This document shows positions 48,964 through 57,606 of a stretch of 64,000 bases of DNA, piece after piece; position 1 is the first letter of the stretch; each line of letters opens with the position of its first letter. The DNA comes from a virus. Where the stretch lies: the IMG/VR virus record IMGVR_UViG_3300027741_000024, positions 1 through 64,000 of that record; one strand, given 5' to 3'. The notes under the pieces are model-generated. The model was given only the letters and a program-made list of their open reading frames with translations, was not told where the DNA came from and searched no databases. The position numbers and the translations under genes are program-made.

Positions 48964-50214
48964 ATGGCAACAAACAAACTCATGGAAGCAGCAGCCGAAA
49001 TTCTTGCAGGTAGCAAGAGTTCTGCTCCTGCTATGCCAATGCAAAAACTTCCAGGTGCTACTATTGTAGACATGGGCGGTCCTACACCTCAAGATTCTAA
49101 ACCTGAAGGCGATTCAAATAAAATTGATGCAACCAAAGGTGCTAAATCTGCAACTGCTCCTACAACTAAACCTTCTGCTGCATCGTCAGACACTCAAAAC
49201 CGTGTTGGTAAAAACACTATGCGTGAAAATGAAGAGTATGATGAAGATCAACTTGATGAAGTTTCTTTAGATACTGCTGCAAAAGTTTACAAAAAACGTG
49301 CAGACAATGCATATGATGGTCAGAGTAATAAAGATGTAAACAAACAAGTATCAAGCAGAGAAATTATTGGTAAAAGGTTTGGTCTTGCAGGTAAACAAAT
49401 GGCCAAAGGAATTGAGAAAAAATACAGCAATTATTCAGAAAGCACAGATCAGGAAGAGTATTCAATGATTGACGAAATGCGGGCACAGATGCACGATGAT
49501 ATTCAAGCACTGTTTGCTGATGACCAAACTATTTCGGAAGATTTTAAATCTAAAGCCGCAACAATTTTTGAAGCACGTGTCTTTGACCGTGTTGCACAGA
49601 TTCAAGAAGAAATGGAATCCGAGTATGCTGGTATGCTTGAAGAAACCGTTGAACAAATCAAATCCGATCTAACAGAGAAGGTTGATGATTACCTAAACTA
49701 CGTAGTAGAACAGTGGATGCAAGAGAATCAAATCGCTATTGAAAGTGGTCTGCGTTCTGAAATCACAGAAGATTTTATTGCTGGTCTCCGTAATCTGTTT
49801 GCAGAAAACTATATCAATGTTCCAGAAGATAAAGTTGACCTAGTTGAAGAGTTAGCCGCTAAAGTGGAAGAACTTGAAACTAAACTCAATGAAGAAATTG
49901 AAACAAACATTGAATATAAAAAAGCTTTGACTGAAGCTATTAAAGAACAATTGACAGTAGAAGTATGTGAAGGTTTGACCGCAACTCAAGTTGCAAAAAT
50001 CAAAACACTTGCAGAAAGTGTAGACTTTTCCACAGAAGAAGAGTTTGTAGAGAAACTTGAAACCTTGCGTGAAAACTATTTTCCATCTGGTATCCAGAAA
50101 GCGAAAGTATCACATCTTCAAGAGCAATTTGAAGAGACTGAAGAGAAAAAATTGGTAAGTGCTGATCCATTTATTTCCGCAGTTTCACAAGCAATTTCAA
50201 AAACAAAAATTTAA
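48964..50214 (+). CDS. gp22: Prohead scaffold protein gp22
   Basis: F..KAATIFEA, EKVD.YL.YVVE.W..EN..AIE.GLR.EI.EDF..GL..LF.E.YI.VPE.K.D, KLETLRE.YF. Confidence 0.92.
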   Translation: MATNKLMEAAAEILAGSKSSAPAMPMQKLPGATIVDMGGPTPQDSKPEGDSNKIDATKGAKSATAPTTKPSAASSDTQNRVGKNTMRENEEYDEDQLDEVSLDTAAKVYKKRADNAYDGQSNKDVNKQVSSREIIGKRFGLAGKQMAKGIEKKYSNYSESTDQEEYSMIDEMRAQMHDDIQALFADDQTISEDFKSKAATIFEARVFDRVAQIQEEMESEYAGMLEETVEQIKSDLTEKVDDYLNYVVEQWMQENQIAIESGLRSEITEDFIAGLRNLFAENYINVPEDKVDLVEELAAKVEELETKLNEEIETNIEYKKALTEAIKEQLTVEVCEGLTATQVAKIKTLAESVDFSTEEEFVEKLETLRENYFPSGIQKAKVSHLQEQFEETEEKKLVSADPFISAVSQAISKTKI

Positions 50215-50235
50215 AAAATAAACAAGGAGATACAC

Positions 50236-51573
50236 ATGTATTTGTCTGAAGAAAGCCAACAAAAATGGGCATCGGTACTGGATCATCCAGACCTTCCCGC
50301 AATTAAAGATCCATATCGCCGTGCTGTTACCTCTGTTATTCTGGAAAACCAGTTGACAGAAATGCGTAAAGAAGCTGGCATTCTGAACGAAGGTCCTCCA
50401 GCTAACTTTTCTGGTACAGGCGGTTTCGGTGGCGGTGCTGCTGCAGCTGGTCCAGTTGCCGGTTTTGATCCAATCCTTATTAGCTTGGTTCGCCGTTCAT
50501 TGCCTAACTTGATCGCTTATGACGTTTGCGGCGTTCAGCCAATGACTGGTCCTACAGGTCTGATTTTTGCAATGCGTACTAAGTACGACACACAAGGTGG
50601 TACTGAAGCATTCTATAACGAAGCTAACACAAACTTCTCAGGCGCTAACGGTGCTATTGCAACTGGTTCTATGACCATTTCTGCTAACGCCACTGACGTT
50701 CTGTTGGGTAACGCATCGCCAGGTAACGCAATGACAACTGGTTCTGCTGAAGCCTTGGGTGACGGTGCTGCTGGTAACACATTCCAACAAATGGCATTCT
50801 CAATTGAGAAAGTCACTGTAACTGCTAAGACACGTGCTCTGAAAGCAGAATACTCAATGGAATTGGCACAAGACTTGAAAGCAGTTCATGGTCTTGACGC
50901 TGAAACTGAATTAGCAAACATTTTGTCTGCTGAGATTCTTGCTGAGATTAACCGTGAAGTTATTCGCACAATTTACTACGTTTCGAAGCGTGGCGCACAA
51001 GCAGGTACAACTACTAAAGGTGTGTTCAACCTGGATACAGATTCGAACGGTCGTTGGATGGTTGAAAAGATTAAAGGTCTGGCATTCCAGATTGAGCGTG
51101 AAGCCAATCAAATCGCCAAGACAACCCGTCGTGGTAAAGGTAATGTAATGATCTGCTCGTCAGACGTTGCATCTGCCTTAGCAATGGCTGGTATTCTTGA
51201 CTATCAATCAGCATTAGCTGGTCAAGTTAATCTGACAGTTGATGACACTGGCAATACATTTGCTGGTACAATCTTCGGTCGTATCAAAGTTTACATTGAT
51301 CCATATTCGCAGACTGGTTCAACCTCTGAGTTCGCAGTTGTGGGCTACAAAGGTACCAATGCATATGACGCAGGTATTTTCTACTGCCCATACGTTCCTC
51401 TGCAAATGGTTCGTGCAGTTGATACTGGTACTTTCCAACCTAAGATCGGTTTCAAGACTCGTTACGGCATGGTTGCAAACCCATTTGCCGAAGGTACAAG
51501 TCAAGGTCTAGGCGCAATGAACGTTGGTCTAAACAACTACTATCGTTCATTCGGTATTCAAAACTTGATGTAA
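50236..51573 (+). CDS. gp23: Major capsid protein gp23
   Basis: LISLVRR..PNLIAYD.CGVQPM.GPTGLIFAMR, RALKAEYS.ELAQDLKA.HGLDAE.EL, FYCPYVPLQM, FQPKIGFKTRYG. Confidence 0.98.
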   Translation: MYLSEESQQKWASVLDHPDLPAIKDPYRRAVTSVILENQLTEMRKEAGILNEGPPANFSGTGGFGGGAAAAGPVAGFDPILISLVRRSLPNLIAYDVCGVQPMTGPTGLIFAMRTKYDTQGGTEAFYNEANTNFSGANGAIATGSMTISANATDVLLGNASPGNAMTTGSAEALGDGAAGNTFQQMAFSIEKVTVTAKTRALKAEYSMELAQDLKAVHGLDAETELANILSAEILAEINREVIRTIYYVSKRGAQAGTTTKGVFNLDTDSNGRWMVEKIKGLAFQIEREANQIAKTTRRGKGNVMICSSDVASALAMAGILDYQSALAGQVNLTVDDTGNTFAGTIFGRIKVYIDPYSQTGSTSEFAVVGYKGTNAYDAGIFYCPYVPLQMVRAVDTGTFQPKIGFKTRYGMVANPFAEGTSQGLGAMNVGLNNYYRSFGIQNLM

Positions 51574-51600
51574 TCAAACCACCACTAAGAGTGGGTTTAG

Positions 51601-51628
51601 AGAGAGTCCTTCGGGACTCTCTTTTTTT
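51601..51628 (+). terminator. Rho-independent terminator after gp23, C(UUCG)G tetraloop
   Basis: AGAGAGTCC-TTCG-GGACTCTCT followed by a T run. Confidence 0.95.
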
Positions 51629-51632
51629 CGTT

Positions 51633-51640
51633 TATAAATA
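51633..51640 (+). promoter_or_regulatory. T4-type late promoter for gp3
   Basis: Exact TATAAATA just after the terminator and 5 nt before the gp3 ATG, implying a near-leaderless mRNA. Confidence 0.8.
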
Positions 51641-51645
51641 CACGT

Positions 51646-52185
51646 ATGACAGCACTCAATAGAAATCCATCCAATCCAAACATGCTCCAACCGAATAAGT
51701 TCACACTGAACTTATCAAGAGCACCCAACCTTCAATACTTTTGCCAAACTGTAACATTACCAGGTCTTTCTACATCTGAAATACCTATCAATAATCCATT
51801 TGTTGAATTGTATGCACCAGGTGAAAAAGCAATCTATGATACGTTGAATGTTACTTTTCTAGTTGATCAAGAGATGACTGGCTGGTTAGAGATACACGAT
51901 TGGCTCCGTGCTATGACATTTCCCACATCATTTGAAGAGTATACTAGATTAGGTCAATTAAATAAATTCACCACTACAGCTGATTCTAAAACACCTCAAT
52001 ATGCCGATGGTTCGGTAACTATTCTTTCTGCTGCAAACAAACCTTATTTTAAAATTAACTTTATCAATATGTTTCCTATTGCTCTAGGTGGATTCATGAT
52101 GTCTGCTACTGATACACCAGAGACTATTATTACTTCTGATGCCACATTCAGATTTACCTATTTTAATATTGAAAAATTGATTTAG
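51646..52185 (+). CDS. gp3: Tail completion / tube terminator gp3
   Basis: N.L.PN.F, YFCQ...LPG, PG....YD.L.V.FLVD.....W.EI..W, FP..L motifs; usual position after gp23. Confidence 0.88.
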   Translation: MTALNRNPSNPNMLQPNKFTLNLSRAPNLQYFCQTVTLPGLSTSEIPINNPFVELYAPGEKAIYDTLNVTFLVDQEMTGWLEIHDWLRAMTFPTSFEEYTRLGQLNKFTTTADSKTPQYADGSVTILSAANKPYFKINFINMFPIALGGFMMSATDTPETIITSDATFRFTYFNIEKLI

Positions 52186-52197
52186 ATGTGATATACT
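52169..52197 (+). promoter_or_regulatory. Sigma70-type promoter upstream of uvsY
   Basis: TTGAAA (52169-74), 17-nt spacer, TATACT (52192-97), with extended -10 TG at 52189-90; sits at the switch from virion to recombination genes. Confidence 0.7.
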
Positions 52198-52216
52198 CCT
52201 AAAGAGGAGATAAACC

Positions 52217-52651
52217 ATGAGCAAACTTGATGATGTATTGAAGATGTGGACAGACGATTCTAACATAGATCGTACTGAACCAGGTAAAGCACTAATAGAT
52301 ATTCCCAAACTTCACAGTAAGTATCTCAACATTCTATCACAACATAGATTGATGGTGAAAGATGCTGAGTTCAAATATAACCGAATGAAGAAACTCAAAT
52401 GGGAATATTACACAGGTAAATTAGATGATGATGACTTGAAGAAGTATGGTTGGGAACCATTTCCATTCACACTCAAATCCGACATCACTACATACTTGGA
52501 TGCAGATGAGGATATTAATAAGTATCTGGCAAATAAAATGCTGAATGAAGAAGTTGTTGAAGTATGTAATGCTATATTAAAAGAACTTAACTCTAGAACG
52601 TTTCAACTTAGATCGTTCATTGATTGGGAAAAATTTATACAAGGTATATAA
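52217..52651 (+). CDS. uvsY: Recombination mediator UvsY
   Basis: W..D..ID, IPKLH.KYL, WEYY.GK, YL.ADED, R.FQ....IDW.KF..G. Confidence 0.9.
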   Translation: MSKLDDVLKMWTDDSNIDRTEPGKALIDIPKLHSKYLNILSQHRLMVKDAEFKYNRMKKLKWEYYTGKLDDDDLKKYGWEPFPFTLKSDITTYLDADEDINKYLANKMLNEEVVEVCNAILKELNSRTFQLRSFIDWEKFIQGI

Positions 52652-53079
52652 TGAGAATTGATCCAAGTAAAGACTTAATGCAACATCATAGCAAAAAATA
52701 TCCAATGGAGGTAGGTGCTCCAGTCTTTGCACCTGTTGCCGTCAAAGAAGAAAAAGATAAAAGTTTAAATGTAGCAAAACTACATGCCAAACAAGAGTAT
52801 GAACGTATTATGGAACAAGTTGATGTTCTACGCAAACAAGCAGAATCGTTGATGCGTAGATTAGATGTTACTCATATTGTTCATGAGTCTGATTGTAGTT
52901 TTAATCCAGGATTTAATCAAATATATTTTATTTACTTCAGTACAATACGCAATAAAAATGTAGTGATGTGTATGCATCCAGACCAATGGTGTATAGGTGG
53001 TATACCAGAACATCTAAACTTTATTGTTGCCATTCGTAAGAAAGGTGATAGCACTTGGGAAGAAGTTTTAGATGAATGA
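52651..53079 (+). CDS. DUF2452-like hypothetical protein
   Basis: YP..VGAP.F.P, then a helical segment, F.P.....Y..Y, P.QW and D.TW pattern; ATG 52651 overlaps the uvsY stop (TAATG). Confidence 0.6.
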   Translation: MRIDPSKDLMQHHSKKYPMEVGAPVFAPVAVKEEKDKSLNVAKLHAKQEYERIMEQVDVLRKQAESLMRRLDVTHIVHESDCSFNPGFNQIYFIYFSTIRNKNVVMCMHPDQWCIGGIPEHLNFIVAIRKKGDSTWEEVLDE

Positions 53080-54553
53080 TTTAGTTCTCTATAAACAGAA
53101 TGAAGCCTTTATTCGTTTTGCATGTGAGAAAAGTCTTGCTCAAGAATTAGCAGACTACTTTACATTCTATGTTCCTGGTTATCAATTTATGCCAGCATAC
53201 AAAAACAGATTGTGGGATGGTAAAATAAGACTTGCAGACCTACGTACAAATACCGTGTATCATGGTCTTGTACCGTATATACAGAAGTTTTGCAAAGAGA
53301 GAGACTATAAACTAGAGATTGATACTACGGTGAGTATTACTGAGAACTTTTCTGTCACTGAGGCTAAGGAATTTATAGATCAACTTCAATTGGACACCAG
53401 CATTATAACAGAAGGTGTAAGAGAACATCAAGTAAAAGCATTCATTACTGCCGTAAGAAATAGAAGAATGCTTTTACTATCACCAACAGGTTCAGGTAAG
53501 TCTTTAATACAATACCTTATATTAAGGTACTTGCAGTCTAAGGAATACAAAAAAGGTTTATTGATTGTTCCTACTACATCATTGGTAGAACAAATGTATT
53601 CCGATTTTAAAACATATGGATACGATTCAGAAAATAATTGTCACCGTCAATACTCAGGTAAAGACAAAGTAACAGATAAGTTTTTAACAATTACCACGTG
53701 GCAATCAATCTATAAGAACCCACCAGAATACTTTGAACAGTTTGATTTTGTTTTAGGTGATGAAGCACATCAGTTTAAAGCGAAGTCATTAACAACTATC
53801 ATGACTGGTTTGACTAAGGCAAAATATAGAATTGGTTGTACAGGTACAGTAGACGGTACACAAACACATAAGTTGGTATTAGAAGGTTTGTTTGGTCCAT
53901 TATATCAATCTACTACCACTGCCGAACTGATTGAGAATAAACAGTTAGCAGATTTTAAAATCAAATGTTTAGTATTAAAATATCCAGAAGAAGTATGTAA
54001 ACTATCACGTGGTTGGGACTATCAAAGTGAGATAAACTACATAGTTGGTAGTAATGCACGAAATGAATTTATCCGAAACTTGGTACTATCATTAGAAGGT
54101 AACTCACTTGTATTATTTAATTTGGTAGAAAAACATGGAAAGATATTACACAAACTTATTAAAGAAAAAGCTGGTGATCGCCATGTTTTCTTTGTGTATG
54201 GTGGAACAGACGTTGAAGTCCGTGAACAAGTTCGTGAGATTACAGAAAAACAAAATGATGCAATCATTGTTGCCTCTTACGGCACTTTTAGTACCGGCAT
54301 TAATATACGGCATTTGCATAATGTCGTATTTGCTTCTCCAAGCAAATCAAGAGTAAGAAATTTACAGTCAATAGGTCGTGGTCTTAGAATAGGTGAGAAT
54401 AAAACTGAAGCAGTTCTGTATGATATAGCAGACGATTTTCGTATAGGCAAACATGTTAATTTTACCTTGCTTCATCTACAGGAACGTGTTAAGATATACG
54501 ATGAAGAAAAGTTCAAATATAAGTTTTACACTATAGAGGTCAAGAATGCATAA
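53072..54553 (+). CDS. uvsW: DNA helicase UvsW
   Basis: WDGKIRL, SPTGSGKS, DEAH, G.TGT, ASYGTFSTGINI..LHN, QSIGR.LR SF2 motifs. Confidence 0.96.
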   Translation: MNDLVLYKQNEAFIRFACEKSLAQELADYFTFYVPGYQFMPAYKNRLWDGKIRLADLRTNTVYHGLVPYIQKFCKERDYKLEIDTTVSITENFSVTEAKEFIDQLQLDTSIITEGVREHQVKAFITAVRNRRMLLLSPTGSGKSLIQYLILRYLQSKEYKKGLLIVPTTSLVEQMYSDFKTYGYDSENNCHRQYSGKDKVTDKFLTITTWQSIYKNPPEYFEQFDFVLGDEAHQFKAKSLTTIMTGLTKAKYRIGCTGTVDGTQTHKLVLEGLFGPLYQSTTTAELIENKQLADFKIKCLVLKYPEEVCKLSRGWDYQSEINYIVGSNARNEFIRNLVLSLEGNSLVLFNLVEKHGKILHKLIKEKAGDRHVFFVYGGTDVEVREQVREITEKQNDAIIVASYGTFSTGINIRHLHNVVFASPSKSRVRNLQSIGRGLRIGENKTEAVLYDIADDFRIGKHVNFTLLHLQERVKIYDEEKFKYKFYTIEVKNA

Positions 54554-54965
54554 CGTAAAAATTATAAGAATGCAAACTGGCGAAGATATTATGGCATCTA
54601 TGATAGGTGAAGAACAAGAAGAAACAGTTCTTCTGGAAGACCCAATGAGATTGATCTATCGCCGTATGCCTACAGGGCAAACTGTAATGATGATGATGCC
54701 GTGGTTACCAGTAGAATTAATTAAAGATAATAATGCTTTAATATATAATTCGGACATCATTACTATTATTGATCCAAAAGAATCTATGATAGAATATTAT
54801 GAAAATCTTGTAATCAAAACCATGCTTGAGATGGAAAAGTCTGAAGATATGATTGCAGGACTTTTGAAAGATCAATCAGGTGAAGGTGAAGGTGATGTTG
54901 AAGAATATAGTATGGAAGATTTAATTCAATTTGTAGAAGAAGTGAAGAACAGGACACTACACTAA
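54546..54965 (+). CDS. Conserved hypothetical protein (Sm-like N-terminus)
   Basis: KII...TGEDI.A, L..P, M.PW.P pattern; usual position after uvsW. Confidence 0.65.
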   Translation: MHNVKIIRMQTGEDIMASMIGEEQEETVLLEDPMRLIYRRMPTGQTVMMMMPWLPVELIKDNNALIYNSDIITIIDPKESMIEYYENLVIKTMLEMEKSEDMIAGLLKDQSGEGEGDVEEYSMEDLIQFVEEVKNRTLH

Positions 54966-54983
54966 TTTGAGGACTATTTTGTC

Positions 54984-55775
54984 ATGAATTTATTTTTGTA
55001 TCAAGCATATTATGATGTTGAACAGATGAAACATTTGGATCCAATTTGTGTTCCATATGATAATCTTGCAAATCTTAATCCAACACTTCGTGAGTATCCT
55101 TTTATAAAAAATTTGTACGAGAAACATTCCAAAAATCAAGACGATTATTGGGGTTTGTTGTCGTGGAGATGGTACGATAAAACTAAACTTGAAATGAAAG
55201 AGTTTAGAGATTGGATATTAGACAATCCTGGTTATGATGTATATCACCTTGACCCATTTTTAGATGTGTCTGCCACTCACTTAAATTTATGGACTCAAGG
55301 TGACATATGGGTTCCTGGTATGATTGATTTCTGTGATAGATTATTTCCAAGACTAGGCATAGATGCTAATGTAAGAAATTTTGTTTATCACCCACAAGAT
55401 TTTGCTACATGCAATTATCATGTAGGTAATAATAAATTTTGGAAGAGTTTTATTGCGTTTGTCGATGAATGTTTAAACATCATTGAAACGGATACCGAAA
55501 TGAAGTATTATATGTATGATAAAAAAATACCTTATAACGGCGCAATGTTACCTGGTTTTATCTTTGTTATAGAAAGATTGTTTTCTATACACACAATGTT
55601 TAATCGAAACATAAAAATTAAGAAGTACCCAATTGAATCTCCTAACTATGAGCGATTATTTGGTAGTTCCCATAAATTTTATGTTGACTTATATAATCAA
55701 AAAATGATAGAATATGAAAAGCATTTAAAAATTGAAATTGGAGATAGTGATGTTAAGAGATTTAAATTGGGATGA
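54984..55775 (+). CDS. Hypothetical protein, candidate glycosyltransferase (DUF4422/GT111-like motif order)
   Basis: DN...N..LREY, Y.GL.S.R.Y, CNY.V and F..ERL motifs in the order seen in DUF4422-type transferases; first gene of the sugar cassette. Function inferred. Confidence 0.45.
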   Translation: MNLFLYQAYYDVEQMKHLDPICVPYDNLANLNPTLREYPFIKNLYEKHSKNQDDYWGLLSWRWYDKTKLEMKEFRDWILDNPGYDVYHLDPFLDVSATHLNLWTQGDIWVPGMIDFCDRLFPRLGIDANVRNFVYHPQDFATCNYHVGNNKFWKSFIAFVDECLNIIETDTEMKYYMYDKKIPYNGAMLPGFIFVIERLFSIHTMFNRNIKIKKYPIESPNYERLFGSSHKFYVDLYNQKMIEYEKHLKIEIGDSDVKRFKLG

Positions 55776-56541
55776 GATTGTAGATAGATTTACATCGTCC
55801 GAGCCATTCAATCATGTTGTAATCGACAACTTCTTTATTCCAGAAGTAGCCGATAAAATTTCTGAAGAGTTTCCAGATTTTAATGATGGTGAATTGAATG
55901 ATCATAATAGTCCATTAGAAATTAAAAAAACTATGAATCGTTGGGATAAATTTCCAGCGACAACCTATCGAGCATTTTCTCTTTTTGGTAGAGAAAGTTT
56001 CTTACAGAACATGAGATATTTGGTGAACAGAGAAGATTTAGTTTTTGATTCTGGCCTTAATGGTGGCGGATGGCACATGCATGGGCGTGGTGGTAACAAT
56101 AACATCCACCTTGACTATAATGTGCATCCTAAATTAAATCTACAAAGAAAACTTAATATAATTGTTTACATGACTCAAGATTGGCAGCCATCATGGAATG
56201 GTGGTCTTGAATTCTGGTCACATGATGATAAGACAAAACAACCCAAAGAACTTGTAAAAGTTATTGAAAATAAATTTAATCGTGCTATAATATTTGATAC
56301 TACTCAGAATTCTTGGCATGGCCTTCCGAATACTATACTTTGCCCAGAAGGTATCTATCGCAAATCTATCGCTGCTTATTTTCTTTGTGCTGCTCCTGCA
56401 ATAACAGAAGATCGTGGTCGTGCGTTATTTGCTCCAAGAGAAGAACAAAAAAATGATAAGTTGATTACGGAACTTATTCAAAAACGAGCATCGGTAACAC
56501 AGTCTGCTTCCGTATATAATACAAAATATTCTCAAAAATAA
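55750..56541 (+). CDS. 2OG-Fe(II) oxygenase
   Basis: PF.H.VIDNF, HLD, R.LN.IVY....W....GG.LE.W, WHG and RKS motifs; SD GGAG favours ATG 55750. Confidence 0.9.
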   Translation: MLRDLNWDEIVDRFTSSEPFNHVVIDNFFIPEVADKISEEFPDFNDGELNDHNSPLEIKKTMNRWDKFPATTYRAFSLFGRESFLQNMRYLVNREDLVFDSGLNGGGWHMHGRGGNNNIHLDYNVHPKLNLQRKLNIIVYMTQDWQPSWNGGLEFWSHDDKTKQPKELVKVIENKFNRAIIFDTTQNSWHGLPNTILCPEGIYRKSIAAYFLCAAPAITEDRGRALFAPREEQKNDKLITELIQKRASVTQSASVYNTKYSQK

Positions 56542-56555
56542 TTGAAAGGTATATA

Positions 56556-57605
56556 ATGTCTAAACGTGTTCTTATTACAGGTGGTGCTGGTTTTATCGGA
56601 CATCACATTATTGATTTGTTTTTGAAAAAAACAGACTGGACAATTGTGTCGTTGGATAGGTTAGATTATTCTGGTAATCTAAATCGTTTAAATGATGTTG
56701 TGGGTAAATACCCACCAGAAGTTCGTAAAAGAGTTAAAATTGTATGGCACGATTTGAAATCTGAAATACAAGACTTAACACAAAATCTTATTGGTGATGT
56801 AGATATTATTTTACATCTTGCCGCATCTTCACATGTTGATCGTTCTATTACATATCCTATGGAATTCTTAATGGATAACACTGTGGGTACAGTGAACGTT
56901 CTTAACTTTGCCCGTAAATTAAAAAATCTTGAACGTCTAATTTATTTCTCAACAGATGAGATTTTTGGTATTGCTCCAAATGATGTGGCGTATTCAGAAC
57001 GTGATCGTTATAATTCAACAAACCCATACTCTGCATCTAAAGCAGCGGCTGAAGAATTCTGTGTAGCATATGAAAATACTTATAAACTTCCTATTTTCAT
57101 TACACATACAATGAACGTATTTGGTGAGCGTCAACACCCAGAAAAGTTTATTCCAATGAGCATTCGTAAAGTTCGTGATGGTCAAACTATTTACATTCAT
57201 TCAGACCCATCAAAGACTGTTCCTGGTTCACGGTTTTACATTCATGCTAAAGACGTTGCAGAAGCAATGTATTTCTTATTACATCTAAATGAAGATCAGA
57301 AAAAAATAATTTATACACCAGACTATGGTGGTGCTAAGTGTCCCAAGTTCAATGTTGTTGGTAAAGAAGAAACTGATAATCTTAGACTTGTTACAGCAAT
57401 TGCGACGGCGCAGAATAAAGAATTGAAATATGAAATGGTAGACTTCCATACATCACGTCCTGGACACGACCTTCGTTATGCTTTATCTGGAGACTTCATG
57501 CGTCAGTTGGGATGGGAACCGAAATATTCATTCGATGACCGTATTAAAGAAGTTGTTGAGTGGTCAATCGCTAATCCAGAATGGATTGAACTGAGTGGAG
57601 AATAA
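56556..57605 (+). CDS. NDP-glucose 4,6-dehydratase (RmlB-like extended SDR)
   Basis: TGGAGFIG, D.LDY.G, HLAA.SHVDRSI, STDE, PYSASKA, Q.PEK.IP, RPGHD.RY. Confidence 0.92.
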   Translation: MSKRVLITGGAGFIGHHIIDLFLKKTDWTIVSLDRLDYSGNLNRLNDVVGKYPPEVRKRVKIVWHDLKSEIQDLTQNLIGDVDIILHLAASSHVDRSITYPMEFLMDNTVGTVNVLNFARKLKNLERLIYFSTDEIFGIAPNDVAYSERDRYNSTNPYSASKAAAEEFCVAYENTYKLPIFITHTMNVFGERQHPEKFIPMSIRKVRDGQTIYIHSDPSKTVPGSRFYIHAKDVAEAMYFLLHLNEDQKKIIYTPDYGGAKCPKFNVVGKEETDNLRLVTAIATAQNKELKYEMVDFHTSRPGHDLRYALSGDFMRQLGWEPKYSFDDRIKEVVEWSIANPEWIELSGE

Positions 57606-57606
57606 T

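Noticed and set aside
51576-51598. Small extra hairpin (CCACT-AAG-AGTGG) before the gp23 terminator as an ncRNA
   Set aside because: Too short and weak to support a separate RNA; at most part of the 3' UTR structure.
40933-54553. Introns or inteins in terminase, portal, capsid or UvsW
   Set aside because: Each is one uninterrupted ORF of ordinary length with no intein motifs.
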